The notes beneath the pieces were generated by a model. The model saw nothing but the letters and a program-made list of their open reading frames with translations, had not been told where the DNA came from and ran no database searches. A program made the position numbers and the translations under genes. A stretch of DNA of 64,000 bases from Candidatus Aenigmatarchaeota archaeon (lineage in GTDB: Archaea > Aenigmatarchaeota > Aenigmatarchaeia > CG10238-14 > SpSt-28), in the NCBI GenBank assembly GCA_032249395.1, contig JAVVFY010000002.1:1-64000 (forward strand), written 5' to 3'. Positions 16,641 to 25,516 of this stretch are shown here, piece after piece; position 1 is the stretch's first letter; every line of letters starts with the position of its first letter.

Positions 16641-18662
16641 GTGGTAATAATGAAAGATAGAGATAAATTAAATGAATGTAATTTGATTACAAAAGCAAGA
16701 GACATAAGAAGATTAAGCGAAGAGGAATTTTTGTCTTTAACTAATCAAATAAAAGAACTAACAAAGAATTTTACTGAATTTAAGCAACTAATCAAAGAGA
16801 ATAGTCAGATTTTGTTGATAATTAGATGTCTCACCGGAATGAAAAGAAAAGATTTTGCTAGTGCTATAGGAATTAACGAAGAAATTTTAAGACAAATAGA
16901 AGTTGGTAGAAGGAAAATTAAAAATGAGAGTAAAATCGATAAGATAAGCAAGAATTTGGAAGAAATTTTCTCTAAAATTTCTGAAATAAGCGTTGAAAAT
17001 GCATTAGAGCTTTTCAAAGAAGTAGCAATCCCAACCGATAATGAAAAAGTAGAGAAGATTAGAAGCGAGTTGGAAGAAATAAGCCTGCCCGAAGACCTTA
17101 GAAAAATGGATGAAGAACAATTTTTGAAAGTTTTTGAATGGTTGAAAGAAAAAACAAATAACTTTAAGATTTTCCCAGAAGAGGTCTTTTTAGCAAAAAA
17201 TCAGCTTATCCTAATTTTGAGGTGCGCTTTGGGAATGACTAGACCTAGTTTTGCAAGAAAAGTTGGAATATTTCAAGAAACGTTAAGACATGTAGAAGCT
17301 GGGAGAAAAGGTCTACAGTTTTCACAAAAAACAGTCGAAGATTGGTGTAGAAAAATAAATGAATTTTTAAAAACCCAAGAAATCTCTCCGAATATCGAAA
17401 AATCGTTATCTATTTGGAAAGAAATAAGCATTCACCAAACAGAAGAAAACATAACAGAAATAGAAAAAATAAAAAGCGAGATGAATAAGCTTGGATTGAT
17501 TGACTGGGATAAAAAAGATTCAAAAATTTTACCTGAATTTTTCAATTTCTTTAGAGAAAAAACAAATAACTTTACTATATTCCCAATTTCTCTTTTTCTA
17601 GCGGATAGTAGTCTATCGATATTTTTCATTAGATGTTGCAACGGAATGACGCAAAAGGAATTGGCAGAAAAAATTGGATGTACAAAAGATCTTATTAGAC
17701 ATCTAGAGAACAAACACGGAAGAATTGTGCATGCAGGACCAGCACTAAGATGGATAAATAAATTACAAGCATTGCTGCCAAAAAACATAAATTTCGAAAA
17801 ATTCGAACAAAATTGGAAGAAAATAATTTTTTCGAAGATTGAAAATATAGAGAAAAAAGAATCTTTCAAAAGTTTATCTACAGAAGCAATTATTAGCAAA
17901 ATAGAAGAATTGAAATCAAGAACAAACAATTTTAATGAGATAAGGGAAGTTTTAGAGAATGATGCTAGGAATATTTTCTTATTTAGAGTAATATGCAGAA
18001 AAAGAACAAAAGAACTGGCAAGAATATTAAAAATTGAACCAAGCGAATTAAGGAGCTGGGAAGATGGGAAAAGAAGAATAAGTCCAGAAACGTTAGAAAA
18101 AATCGCTCCAATTCTGAAAGAAATGCTTAGAGATATTAAGATAGAGAAGGAGACAATATTAAGGAATTTAAAAGATATAAAAAAAGGTAAGATTTGTTTT
18201 AATAAAGATATACAAGTAAAAAATGGTATCAAGTTAGTTGAAAAACTTCCACCGACCGAATTAGAAAATAAAGTAATAAAAGTTCTGTCATCCAATAATA
18301 TTCCATTCGAACTTCACGCTACAATAGATTTCAATGGTAAGTTCTTTAACGTAGATTTTGCTATTCCAAATTCACAGAAACCAAAAATAATAATTGAAGT
18401 TTTTGAGTCAAAAAGTAGTAATAGAAATTTAAAGACTAAATTAATAGTTACTGACCATAGATTTGTGGTTTTAAAAAGCAATAAACCGGATTTGAAAACT
18501 GCTATGATAGGTGAAACTAAATCTTTACTAACGGAAGAGTGGAGAGAACATATGCTTAAAGAAATTATAGCAACTGATTTTATAGTTTTAGGAGATAATG
18601 AGGATGTAGAATCCTCAATAAAAGATACTTTACTTAGTTTCATAAAAACCAACTTACAATGA
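16641..18662 (+). CDS. protein with four XRE-type HTH repeats and C-terminal Vsr/DUF559-like PD-(D/E)xK domain
   Basis: 4x [T(N/K)NF...R...GM...A..(I/V)G.....R..E.G] repeats; C-terminal PTELE..V...L...VDF.....IIIEV. Confidence 0.75.
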   Translation: MVIMKDRDKLNECNLITKARDIRRLSEEEFLSLTNQIKELTKNFTEFKQLIKENSQILLIIRCLTGMKRKDFASAIGINEEILRQIEVGRRKIKNESKIDKISKNLEEIFSKISEISVENALELFKEVAIPTDNEKVEKIRSELEEISLPEDLRKMDEEQFLKVFEWLKEKTNNFKIFPEEVFLAKNQLILILRCALGMTRPSFARKVGIFQETLRHVEAGRKGLQFSQKTVEDWCRKINEFLKTQEISPNIEKSLSIWKEISIHQTEENITEIEKIKSEMNKLGLIDWDKKDSKILPEFFNFFREKTNNFTIFPISLFLADSSLSIFFIRCCNGMTQKELAEKIGCTKDLIRHLENKHGRIVHAGPALRWINKLQALLPKNINFEKFEQNWKKIIFSKIENIEKKESFKSLSTEAIISKIEELKSRTNNFNEIREVLENDARNIFLFRVICRKRTKELARILKIEPSELRSWEDGKRRISPETLEKIAPILKEMLRDIKIEKETILRNLKDIKKGKICFNKDIQVKNGIKLVEKLPPTELENKVIKVLSSNNIPFELHATIDFNGKFFNVDFAIPNSQKPKIIIEVFESKSSNRNLKTKLIVTDHRFVVLKSNKPDLKTAMIGETKSLLTEEWREHMLKEIIATDFIVLGDNEDVESSIKDTLLSFIKTNLQ

Positions 18663-18684
18663 AAGATTGGATGTATTGAAGATT

Positions 18685-19080
18685 TTACACTCGACGACCC
18701 CTACGCCCGCCTTTCCTACGCATATATCCATGAACTATTGGTGTAACATCTTCAATTAAACCTATTTTTAATCCAGCTTTTGCAAGAGCTCTTATAGCAG
18801 CTTGTGCTCCAGGTCCAGGAATTTTTGTCTTTATGCCTCCTGGAGCTCTAACTCTTATGTGCACCCCAGTAATTCCTTTAGCTAAAGCTTCTTCAGCGGC
18901 TTTCTTAGCAGCTAGCATAGCAGGGAAAGGCATCCCTCCCTCTCTATCCTTATCTGTCATCATTCCGCTAGAATACCTTGCTATTGTTTCAGCTCCACTC
19001 AAGTCTGTAATGTGAACTATTGTAGAATTAGGACTACTAAAAATGTGAGCTACCCCCCATCTCTCTTTCTTTTCACTCAT
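18685..19080 (-). CDS. rps11: ribosomal protein uS11
   Basis: [30 protein letters not shown]. Confidence 0.97.
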   Translation of the reverse strand: MSEKKERWGVAHIFSSPNSTIVHITDLSGAETIARYSSGMMTDKDREGGMPFPAMLAAKKAAEEALAKGITGVHIRVRAPGGIKTKIPGPGAQAAIRALAKAGLKIGLIEDVTPIVHGYMRRKGGRRGRRV

Positions 19081-19623
19081 CTAACCACCCTCTTTAACCT
19101 CAACGCTAACTTCAGCTTTGGGCTGTTGTGTTGGTTGTTCTTGTACTGTTGCTTTTGATGTATTTGGTTTTATGTCGCATGTTATTTTATCTTCTTCATC
19201 TCTACTAACCAAATAGCTTGGATATACAATCCTTCTTCCGTTAATTCTTACATGCCCATGGACGATAAACTGTCTTGCCTGCTTTATTGTATTTGCCAAA
19301 CCCTTTTTATAAACAATAGTTTGTAATCTTCTATTCAACAAGTCTTTAACAGTTAGGCTCAAAACATCATCTAGAGTGGCGCTTGGAGACGGTAATAAAC
19401 CAAGCCTATACAACTTTTGAATCAAAACTTTCTCTTTTTCCTTATCTCTTCTTGCGTTTAACTCTCTAGCCATCCTTCTATACTTTCTTAACTCTTCCTT
19501 AGCTCTCCATAGTTCCTTTTTCCTTCTCAATCCAAATTCTATCATTATTCTTCTCTCTTCTTCCAATAGCTTCTTATCCCAAAGTTTCCTCGGCTTTTTA
19601 TACTTTTTTCTAAATCTCTTCAT
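19081..19623 (-). CDS. rps4: ribosomal protein uS4
   Basis: GLRRKKELW, RRLQT.V..KGLA.T..QARQFI.HGH. Confidence 0.97.
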   Translation of the reverse strand: MKRFRKKYKKPRKLWDKKLLEEERRIMIEFGLRRKKELWRAKEELRKYRRMARELNARRDKEKEKVLIQKLYRLGLLPSPSATLDDVLSLTVKDLLNRRLQTIVYKKGLANTIKQARQFIVHGHVRINGRRIVYPSYLVSRDEEDKITCDIKPNTSKATVQEQPTQQPKAEVSVEVKEGG

Positions 19624-19629
19624 CGCTCA

Positions 19630-20232
19630 TCACTTCTTTTCTTCTTTCTTTTCTTTGGATTGCTGTTGAGCCAATTGTTTCATCTTTCCCCTCAAAACAC
19701 CAACAGTCCTTCCATGTCTAAAATGACTTCTAGTCCTTTGACCCCTCACAGGCTGGCCATACATATGTCTAAAACCTTTGTAAGTTTTAAGCTCAATTTC
19801 TCTTTTTATATCCATACTTCTGAAAATATCAACATCAGGTCCGACCAAATGCATATCTAGCCCTGTTTCTGGATCTTTTCTTCTGTTAAATAAAAATGAA
19901 GGAATGTTATATTTTGCTGGATTTTTCAAACAATCTTCAATTTTTTCTATCTCCTCCGGGGTTAAAGTTCCTAACTTTCTATAAGCATCCAAACCAAGAG
20001 CAGCTATCACAGCCTTAGAAAAAGTGTAACTTACGCCTTTAATTCCGGTTAACCCGTAAAGAATATTTTTGTTAGCATCTAAGTCTGTATTTAAAATTCT
20101 AATTATTCCCTCTATTCTTTTTTCGGCTTTCTTTGGTTTTTTAATTTCTTCTTTGGGTTTTTCTTTTTTCTTTTTTTCCTCTTCAGCTTTTTCTTTTTCT
20201 TTTTCTATGTCTTTAACTCTAGATACTCCCAT
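19630..20232 (-). CDS. rps13: ribosomal protein uS13 with Lys/Glu-rich N-terminal extension
   Basis: LTGIKGV, NRRKDPETG, RH..GQPVRGQRTRS. Confidence 0.97.
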   Translation of the reverse strand: MGVSRVKDIEKEKEKAEEEKKKKEKPKEEIKKPKKAEKRIEGIIRILNTDLDANKNILYGLTGIKGVSYTFSKAVIAALGLDAYRKLGTLTPEEIEKIEDCLKNPAKYNIPSFLFNRRKDPETGLDMHLVGPDVDIFRSMDIKREIELKTYKGFRHMYGQPVRGQRTRSHFRHGRTVGVLRGKMKQLAQQQSKEKKEEKK

Positions 20233-20269
20233 ACTGTTGGAATTATCACTTAAGTTTAAAAATATTCGC

Positions 20270-20878
20270 TCATCTTTTTTTCTTAATGAAATTAATAATA
20301 GTTGTTTTACTTAGCCTATCAGCAATCTTTAAAGCTTTAGGATAATTGAAGTTTACCATTTTAAGAAAAACCTCCAAGCTTTCCATATCTATGTTAGAAC
20401 CTATGCTTGCATAATATCTACCAAATTTTATACCAACTTTTTGCTGATCAACAAAAATGTAACTATCTTTTATTTCTCCGTAAAGAAAACTTTTTGCTAT
20501 TCCAATTGTTGGTTTTCCAGTTAATATTCCTATTATAGTTGCTAAGCCCGCTTTTCTAGGATGAGCTAATCCATGGCCATCAACGAGGATTAAATCATAA
20601 TCTTTATCTATTTTTTCAACAGCTTCTAACATTATTGGCGCTTCTCTAAGAAAAAGCAAACCAGGAATGTAAGGAAATTTAACTCTCTCTTTAACTAACA
20701 GCTCCTTCAAAACTTTTTCTTGTTTTAAATCATAAAGAACGGCTGCACAAAAAGCTAAATCATCTTTATAAGAAATATCTAAAGCCAAAACCTTTTCAAT
20801 GTTTTTTACTTTTTTGAATTCAACTAGCTTGCTTAAAACTTTCTGAAGCTTAAAATAAAACTTTGTATTAACATTCAT
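20270..20878 (-). CDS. nfi: endonuclease V
   Basis: D.SY, FPYIPGLL.LRE, VDGHG.AHPR..GLA, IGIAKS. Confidence 0.93.
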   Translation of the reverse strand: MNVNTKFYFKLQKVLSKLVEFKKVKNIEKVLALDISYKDDLAFCAAVLYDLKQEKVLKELLVKERVKFPYIPGLLFLREAPIMLEAVEKIDKDYDLILVDGHGLAHPRKAGLATIIGILTGKPTIGIAKSFLYGEIKDSYIFVDQQKVGIKFGRYYASIGSNIDMESLEVFLKMVNFNYPKALKIADRLSKTTIINFIKKKR

Positions 20879-20919
20879 ACTAAAAATTGTCTTTCAAAAA
20901 TTAACCTAACTACAAATTC

Positions 20920-21207
20920 CTACCATCTTCGGTATAGCTCATATACTGTTATAAGAATGAGCCCTCCTGTTATTACGAATGCTATTGTTAATTTGTCTCC
21001 GTAATGATACTATAACCAATCGTCTAAATGATCTGCCAAAAATGCTTCCCACCAACTAACATTTGCAAGCTCTGGCCTTACTTTTACATTCACTGTTGCG
21101 CTTGCTTTTGCATAAAGTGAATAAACATAACCTGCAAAACCACTAACTCCTCCTGCAGCTATATAGGATGTAATTGTTTTCACGCCTTCTTTAAATTTTC
21201 TCTTCAT
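20920..21207 (-). pseudogene. two-TM membrane protein interrupted by in-frame TAG
   Basis: after the TAG at 21010-21012 the frame continues YHYGDKLTIAFVITGGLILITVYELYRRW*. Confidence 0.55.
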
Positions 21208-21245
21208 ATTAAAAGATAAATAAGGAAAAAATACTTTTTTATTCT

Positions 21246-21431
21246 CTATACTACTTTTACTGTAGCCTTGCTTGCTTTAAAACCTATTTTTGCATGCGTT
21301 CCGTCGCAATAAGGCTTGTTTTTAGATGCTCCACATCTACAAAGAGCTGTAAGTATTTCTTTATCAACTTTTAATAGGTAAGGGTCATTTTCTACTGCCT
21401 CAATAACAACCCCTTTTCCTTTTTCTGCCAT
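21246..21431 (-). CDS. CDGSH iron-sulfur domain protein
   Basis: ALCRCGASKNKPYCDGTH. Confidence 0.93.
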   Translation of the reverse strand: MAEKGKGVVIEAVENDPYLLKVDKEILTALCRCGASKNKPYCDGTHAKIGFKASKATVKVV

Positions 21432-21488
21432 GATAACTATAGGAGAATATTTTTTTGTATTTAAAAATGCTTTCTGCAATATTCATTA

Positions 21489-21504
21489 TAAACGAATTCG
21501 TTTA
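21489..21504. promoter_or_regulatory. perfect 16-bp palindrome, candidate operator
   Basis: taaacgaattcgttta between the divergent CDGSH and CDF genes. Confidence 0.45.
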
Positions 21505-21586
21505 ATTTAGTAAGTTAAAAAAATTAAATTATACCAATAAAAATGAAAATGCAAAATTCAAACATATAAATAGTTTTTATCTGGGT

Positions 21587-22480
21587 TTGTATAACATGAG
21601 AATAAAGATTAAAGAAAAAGACTTAAAAATTGCAATTTATGTAACATCTATCTTTCTCTTCGTAGAAATTTTTGGTGGATACCTTTTTGGAAGCGTTAGC
21701 CCAATAAGCGATGCTATTCATATGAGTAGGGATGTTTTTTCACTATACATTTCCTGGTTTGCGATAAATTTGGCTAAAAAATTGCCTACCAACAAAATGA
21801 CTTTTGGTTATCATAGAGCCGAAGTCTTTGCGACTTTTATTAATGGCTTAATTCTGATTGGAGTGTGCATTGTAATTCTATATAGTTCCTATTTAAGAAT
21901 AGTTAATCCAAACGAAGTTAAAAGTATTGGAATGCTTTTTGTAGCATCTTTAGGATTTTTAGCAAACCTTTACGTCCTTAGAAAATTAAAGAAGTATGAA
22001 GATGACATAAATATAAAATCTGCATATCTACATGTATTAACTGATGCAATTTCTTCTATTTCCATTATAATTGGTGCTATAATAATATTTTTAACAGGAT
22101 TTTATATCATAGACCCTTTACTAAGCATGGGCATAATTTTATTAGTGTTAATTAGTACGATAAAAATTGTAAAGGAATCAATAAACATACTTATGGAGGG
22201 GGTAGCAGGGAACGTCAATATAAGTAAAATTATTGAAGAGATGAAAAAAGTAGAAGGAGTTGTTAGTGTACATGATGTACATATATGGTCGCTATGTCCT
22301 AATGTCAACGTTTTAACTGCTCACATTTATACTTATAATAAAAGCCTGTCCAACACTAAAAAGATAACTAAAATACTAAACAAAAAACTAAGAAAATTTA
22401 AAATATTCCATACAACTTTCCAATTTGAATGTGAAAAATGCAAAAACAGTAGAAACATTGAAAGAATAGAACATCTATAA
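21587..22480 (+). CDS. cation diffusion facilitator (CzcD/ZitB-like)
   Basis: SDAIH, TFGYHRAE, SAYLHVLTD, VHDVHIW, HTTFQ. Confidence 0.92.
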   Translation: MYNMRIKIKEKDLKIAIYVTSIFLFVEIFGGYLFGSVSPISDAIHMSRDVFSLYISWFAINLAKKLPTNKMTFGYHRAEVFATFINGLILIGVCIVILYSSYLRIVNPNEVKSIGMLFVASLGFLANLYVLRKLKKYEDDINIKSAYLHVLTDAISSISIIIGAIIIFLTGFYIIDPLLSMGIILLVLISTIKIVKESINILMEGVAGNVNISKIIEEMKKVEGVVSVHDVHIWSLCPNVNVLTAHIYTYNKSLSNTKKITKILNKKLRKFKIFHTTFQFECEKCKNSRNIERIEHL

Positions 22481-22723
22481 ATGTAAAATTGGTAGTAGTA
22501 GATTTAAAATTTAAAAATAACATGCTCCTTCAGCGTAATAAGCGACTTAATGTTAGAATGATTATAATAATTCTAATCCTTAATCTTTATTTTCAAATAG
22601 AGTTACTTTTTAAATTAATATACAATCTTTTTGCAAATAAAACATTAGCAATTTTAGGTTACGCAGTATTTAAATATGTATTTAATTTAAAAATTTAAAA
22701 ATTGAATACTTTTTGGTGAGCTT

Positions 22724-22954
22724 ATGACGACAACGATATTTGGACAATACATAGGATTTTGGTTTGGTACTTTAAGTGCAATATTCTTTTTACTTATTTT
22801 CTTAACTTGTAGAATTATGCCATTAAAGTTAATTAAACTATGGGGAAGATTGTTCAACGTGGTGCATAAATGGGCATGGATTCTTGGCATTATTTCAGTT
22901 TTCTCTCATATAACTCTAATAACTTTAGCTTATGTTTTTGGAATTCGGCTATGA
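22724..22954 (+). CDS. small membrane protein
   Basis: two TM helices with His residues (VHKW, SHI); GGTGA SD upstream. Confidence 0.55.
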   Translation: MTTTIFGQYIGFWFGTLSAIFFLLIFLTCRIMPLKLIKLWGRLFNVVHKWAWILGIISVFSHITLITLAYVFGIRL

Positions 22955-22967
22955 AAAGCAAATAAGC

Positions 22968-23114
22968 ATGGTAATCAAAGTTAATAGTTATTGGATGTGT
23001 TAAGAATGTGGATTAAAATATGAAGATAAAAATTGGGCTGAAAAATGCGAAGCTTGGTGCAAAAAACATAAAAGTTGTAATTTAGAAATAACAAAACATG
23101 CCGTAAAAGTATAG
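22968..23114 (+). pseudogene. small Cys/His zinc-finger protein with in-frame TAA
   Basis: MVIKVNSYWMC*ECGLKYEDKNWAEKCEAWCKKHKSCNLEITKHA; TAA at 23001 inside CxxC (likely GAA). Confidence 0.7.
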
Positions 23115-23164
23115 AATAAAGTAAAAAAATTATTGTTATATTTAAATTTAGCATAAAATAAAAT

Positions 23165-23521
23165 ATGAAAGTTTTTTGTGAAGTTATGTTGAAGCAAATA
23201 TTCCCATCATTAAGAGCTAGTTTAGCTAGAGAGATGATTAAAAGGTTTAAGATGAATCAAAAAGAAGTAGCAAAATATCTTGGAGTCTCTCAACCTGCAA
23301 TATCTTATTATAAAAACAATTTAAGAGGAAAGTCTATGCTTTTTATTTCAAAAGAAAAAGCAATATCTATTGGAAAGAAGTTTTTAGAAAAAGCTATTAA
23401 AGAAAACACGAACATATATTTTAATATTTGCAATATTTGCAAAGAAGTTAGAAGAGAGGCATTTGGTAAAAAGATGCCAAAAGACTTTTTATGTCTAATT
23501 GAGATAAACAAGAAGATATAA
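23165..23521 (+). CDS. archaeal XRE-like HTH regulator with Cys motifs
   Basis: CE....FPSLRA.LAR, MNQKEVAKYLGVSQPAISYY..RG, CNIC. Confidence 0.85.
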   Translation: MKVFCEVMLKQIFPSLRASLAREMIKRFKMNQKEVAKYLGVSQPAISYYKNNLRGKSMLFISKEKAISIGKKFLEKAIKENTNIYFNICNICKEVRREAFGKKMPKDFLCLIEINKKI

Positions 23522-23576
23522 ATGAATAATTAATATAAAGGCAATGGAAAAGGATTTAAATACTAACAAAAATTAA

Positions 23577-24008
23577 TTGAAGATGAATCGACAAACTACA
23601 ATCTTGATAATTGGAATATTAGTTATAATTGGCTTTATAGCAATATTATCAAGTAGATATATTCTGGAAGCATTTCAAAACCAGAACGTTCAAACTACTA
23701 TTAATGCAGTAACTCGACCTCCAGAAACACTATCGCAACCAATTCAACAATCCCAACCTAGAATAATTGATGTGGAAATAAAAAATTTTGCTTTCAATCC
23801 AGAAACTATAAAAATAAAAGTCGGTGATACTGTAAGATGGACTAACAAAGATTCTGTTCCCCATACTGCCACAGCTGACGATGGTAGCTTTGATACAGGT
23901 TATTTATCGTATGGGAAATCTAAAAGTATAACTTTTAGCAAATCGGGAACCTACGATTATTATTGTATACCACATCCTTGGATGAAAGGTAAAGTTATAG
24001 TAGAATAA
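23577..24008 (+). CDS. membrane-anchored plastocyanin/azurin-like cupredoxin
   Basis: N-terminal TM, F.P..I.IKVGDTV.W.N.D..PH, Y.C.PHP.M.G. Confidence 0.92.
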   Translation: MKMNRQTTILIIGILVIIGFIAILSSRYILEAFQNQNVQTTINAVTRPPETLSQPIQQSQPRIIDVEIKNFAFNPETIKIKVGDTVRWTNKDSVPHTATADDGSFDTGYLSYGKSKSITFSKSGTYDYYCIPHPWMKGKVIVE

Positions 24009-24030
24009 AAAAAGTTATAGTAGAATAAAA
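23991..24030 (+). repeat. exact 20-bp tandem duplication
   Basis: aaagttatagtagaataaaa x2, spanning the cupredoxin stop codon. Confidence 0.9.
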
Positions 24031-24310
24031 TGGTAAAACAAGCTATGCAATTAAAATTTAAAAATAGTTATTAAAAGAAATAGATTATCACAGAGATAAG
24101 CAAGAAACTCAAATTAAATCAAAGTTAAGCTTCCCATAATTTAAAATGAATTAAATGTTGCGAATTCCATAGAAACAATACTATTATAAAGGTGAATGCG
24201 GAATAAGGGGTAATAAAAGGAGCGAATTTTAATTTAATATTCATACAGGCGTCGTTTTTCTTGTTAAGGCCTTATTTAATAGTTTTGTAATAAATATATG
24301 AGGTTAGACC

Positions 24311-24571
24311 ATGAGGAAAAAATACAAAATAATCTACTATAGGGATGTGTGTATAGGCGCTGCTGGATGTGTAGCTGCGGCACCACAAATATGGGAACTT
24401 GATAAAGAGCGTAAAGCAGTTCTGAAAGGTGGTATTGAGACTGATGATCCGGATATTTTTGAGAAAGAAATAGATGAAGAAGAATTGCAAATTAATTTAG
24501 AAGCAGCCCAAGCTTGCCCAGTAAATGCAATTCATATAATCGAAAAAGAAACAGGAAAGAAAATTATTTGA
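24311..24571 (+). CDS. ferredoxin (monocluster, probably 3Fe-4S type)
   Basis: CIGAAGC...AAQACPVNAI. Confidence 0.88.
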   Translation: MRKKYKIIYYRDVCIGAAGCVAAAPQIWELDKERKAVLKGGIETDDPDIFEKEIDEEELQINLEAAQACPVNAIHIIEKETGKKII

Positions 24572-24644
24572 TTACAAGTTTGATATCTTTTAATACTACT
24601 TGTGTGTTGTATCAATGTTTTTGAATCAAAAAACAAGAAATCTT

Positions 24645-25356
24645 ATGACGGCCAAAAGCGAAAATAAAGTTGCAATCGTTACAGGAGGCTCTAGAGGGAT
24701 AGGAAAAAGCAATAGCTATTGCTTTAGCTAAAAAAGGTTATAATGTTGTCATTTGTTCTAGGAATAAAGACGAATTAAATAAAGCAAAAGAAGAATTAGA
24801 GAAATTTAATGTAAAGGTTCTTGCAGTCAAATGCGATGTTAGACATTATAAGCAAGTTAAGAATTTAGTAAAGAAAACAATAAAGGAATTTGGAAGAATT
24901 GACATTCTTATTAACAATGCTGGAATAGCTTTAAAGAAAAATGTTGTAGATACGAGCGAAGAGGAATGGGATAATATCATTGATACTAATTTAAAAGGAC
25001 CTTTTCTATTTACAAAAGAAGTTCTACCTTTTATGATTAAACAAAAATCTGGTTGTATAGTTAACATAAGCTCTGGAGCTGGTAAAACTGGTTTTGCCGA
25101 ATTTTCTGCATATTGTGCTAGTAAATTCGGTTTAATAGGATTTACAGAAAGTTTGGCAAAAGAAGTGAAAGATTATGGAATTAGAGTTTATGCAATTTGT
25201 CCTGGGCCGGTAGCCACAAAAATGCAAGAAGAAATAGTTGGAAAAATGTATCCTTTGATCAAACCTTTCATTCAAAAGCCAGAAGATGTAGCAAAGTTTG
25301 TTATAGAAGCAATAGAAGGAAAGTATGAAACTGGAAGTATCATAGACACTTATTGA
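24645..25356 (+). pseudogene. SDR oxidoreductase with +1 frameshift
   Basis: VAIVTGGSRGIG then an extra A in ggaaaaagc (~24702-24710); NNAG and YCASK downstream. Confidence 0.85.
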
Positions 25357-25405
25357 GATAACCTTGATAAAATGTTTCTCAACACAATCGCTTATAATAA
25401 TAAAG

Positions 25406-25477
25406 TGGACCGGCCGGGATTCGAACCCGGAGCCTCCGCTTTGCAAGAGCGGCGATCTACCATTGATCTACCGGCCC
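25406..25477 (-). tRNA. tRNA-Ala(TGC)
   Basis: cloverleaf, CT TGC AA loop, G3:U70. Confidence 0.96.
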
Positions 25478-25516
25478 TTCTATAAAATATTGATTTAAAA
25501 CGATAAATTAGTATAA

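Noticed and set aside
17432..18652. Long minus-strand ORFs (287 and 112 aa)
   Set aside because: F/L/S/I-rich antisense shadows of the 673-aa gene; the same applies to most short opposite-strand ORFs in the track.
15824..18662. Restriction-modification pair (methyltransferase + nuclease)
   Set aside because: The methyltransferase looks like a small-molecule class I enzyme without DNA-MTase catalytic motifs.
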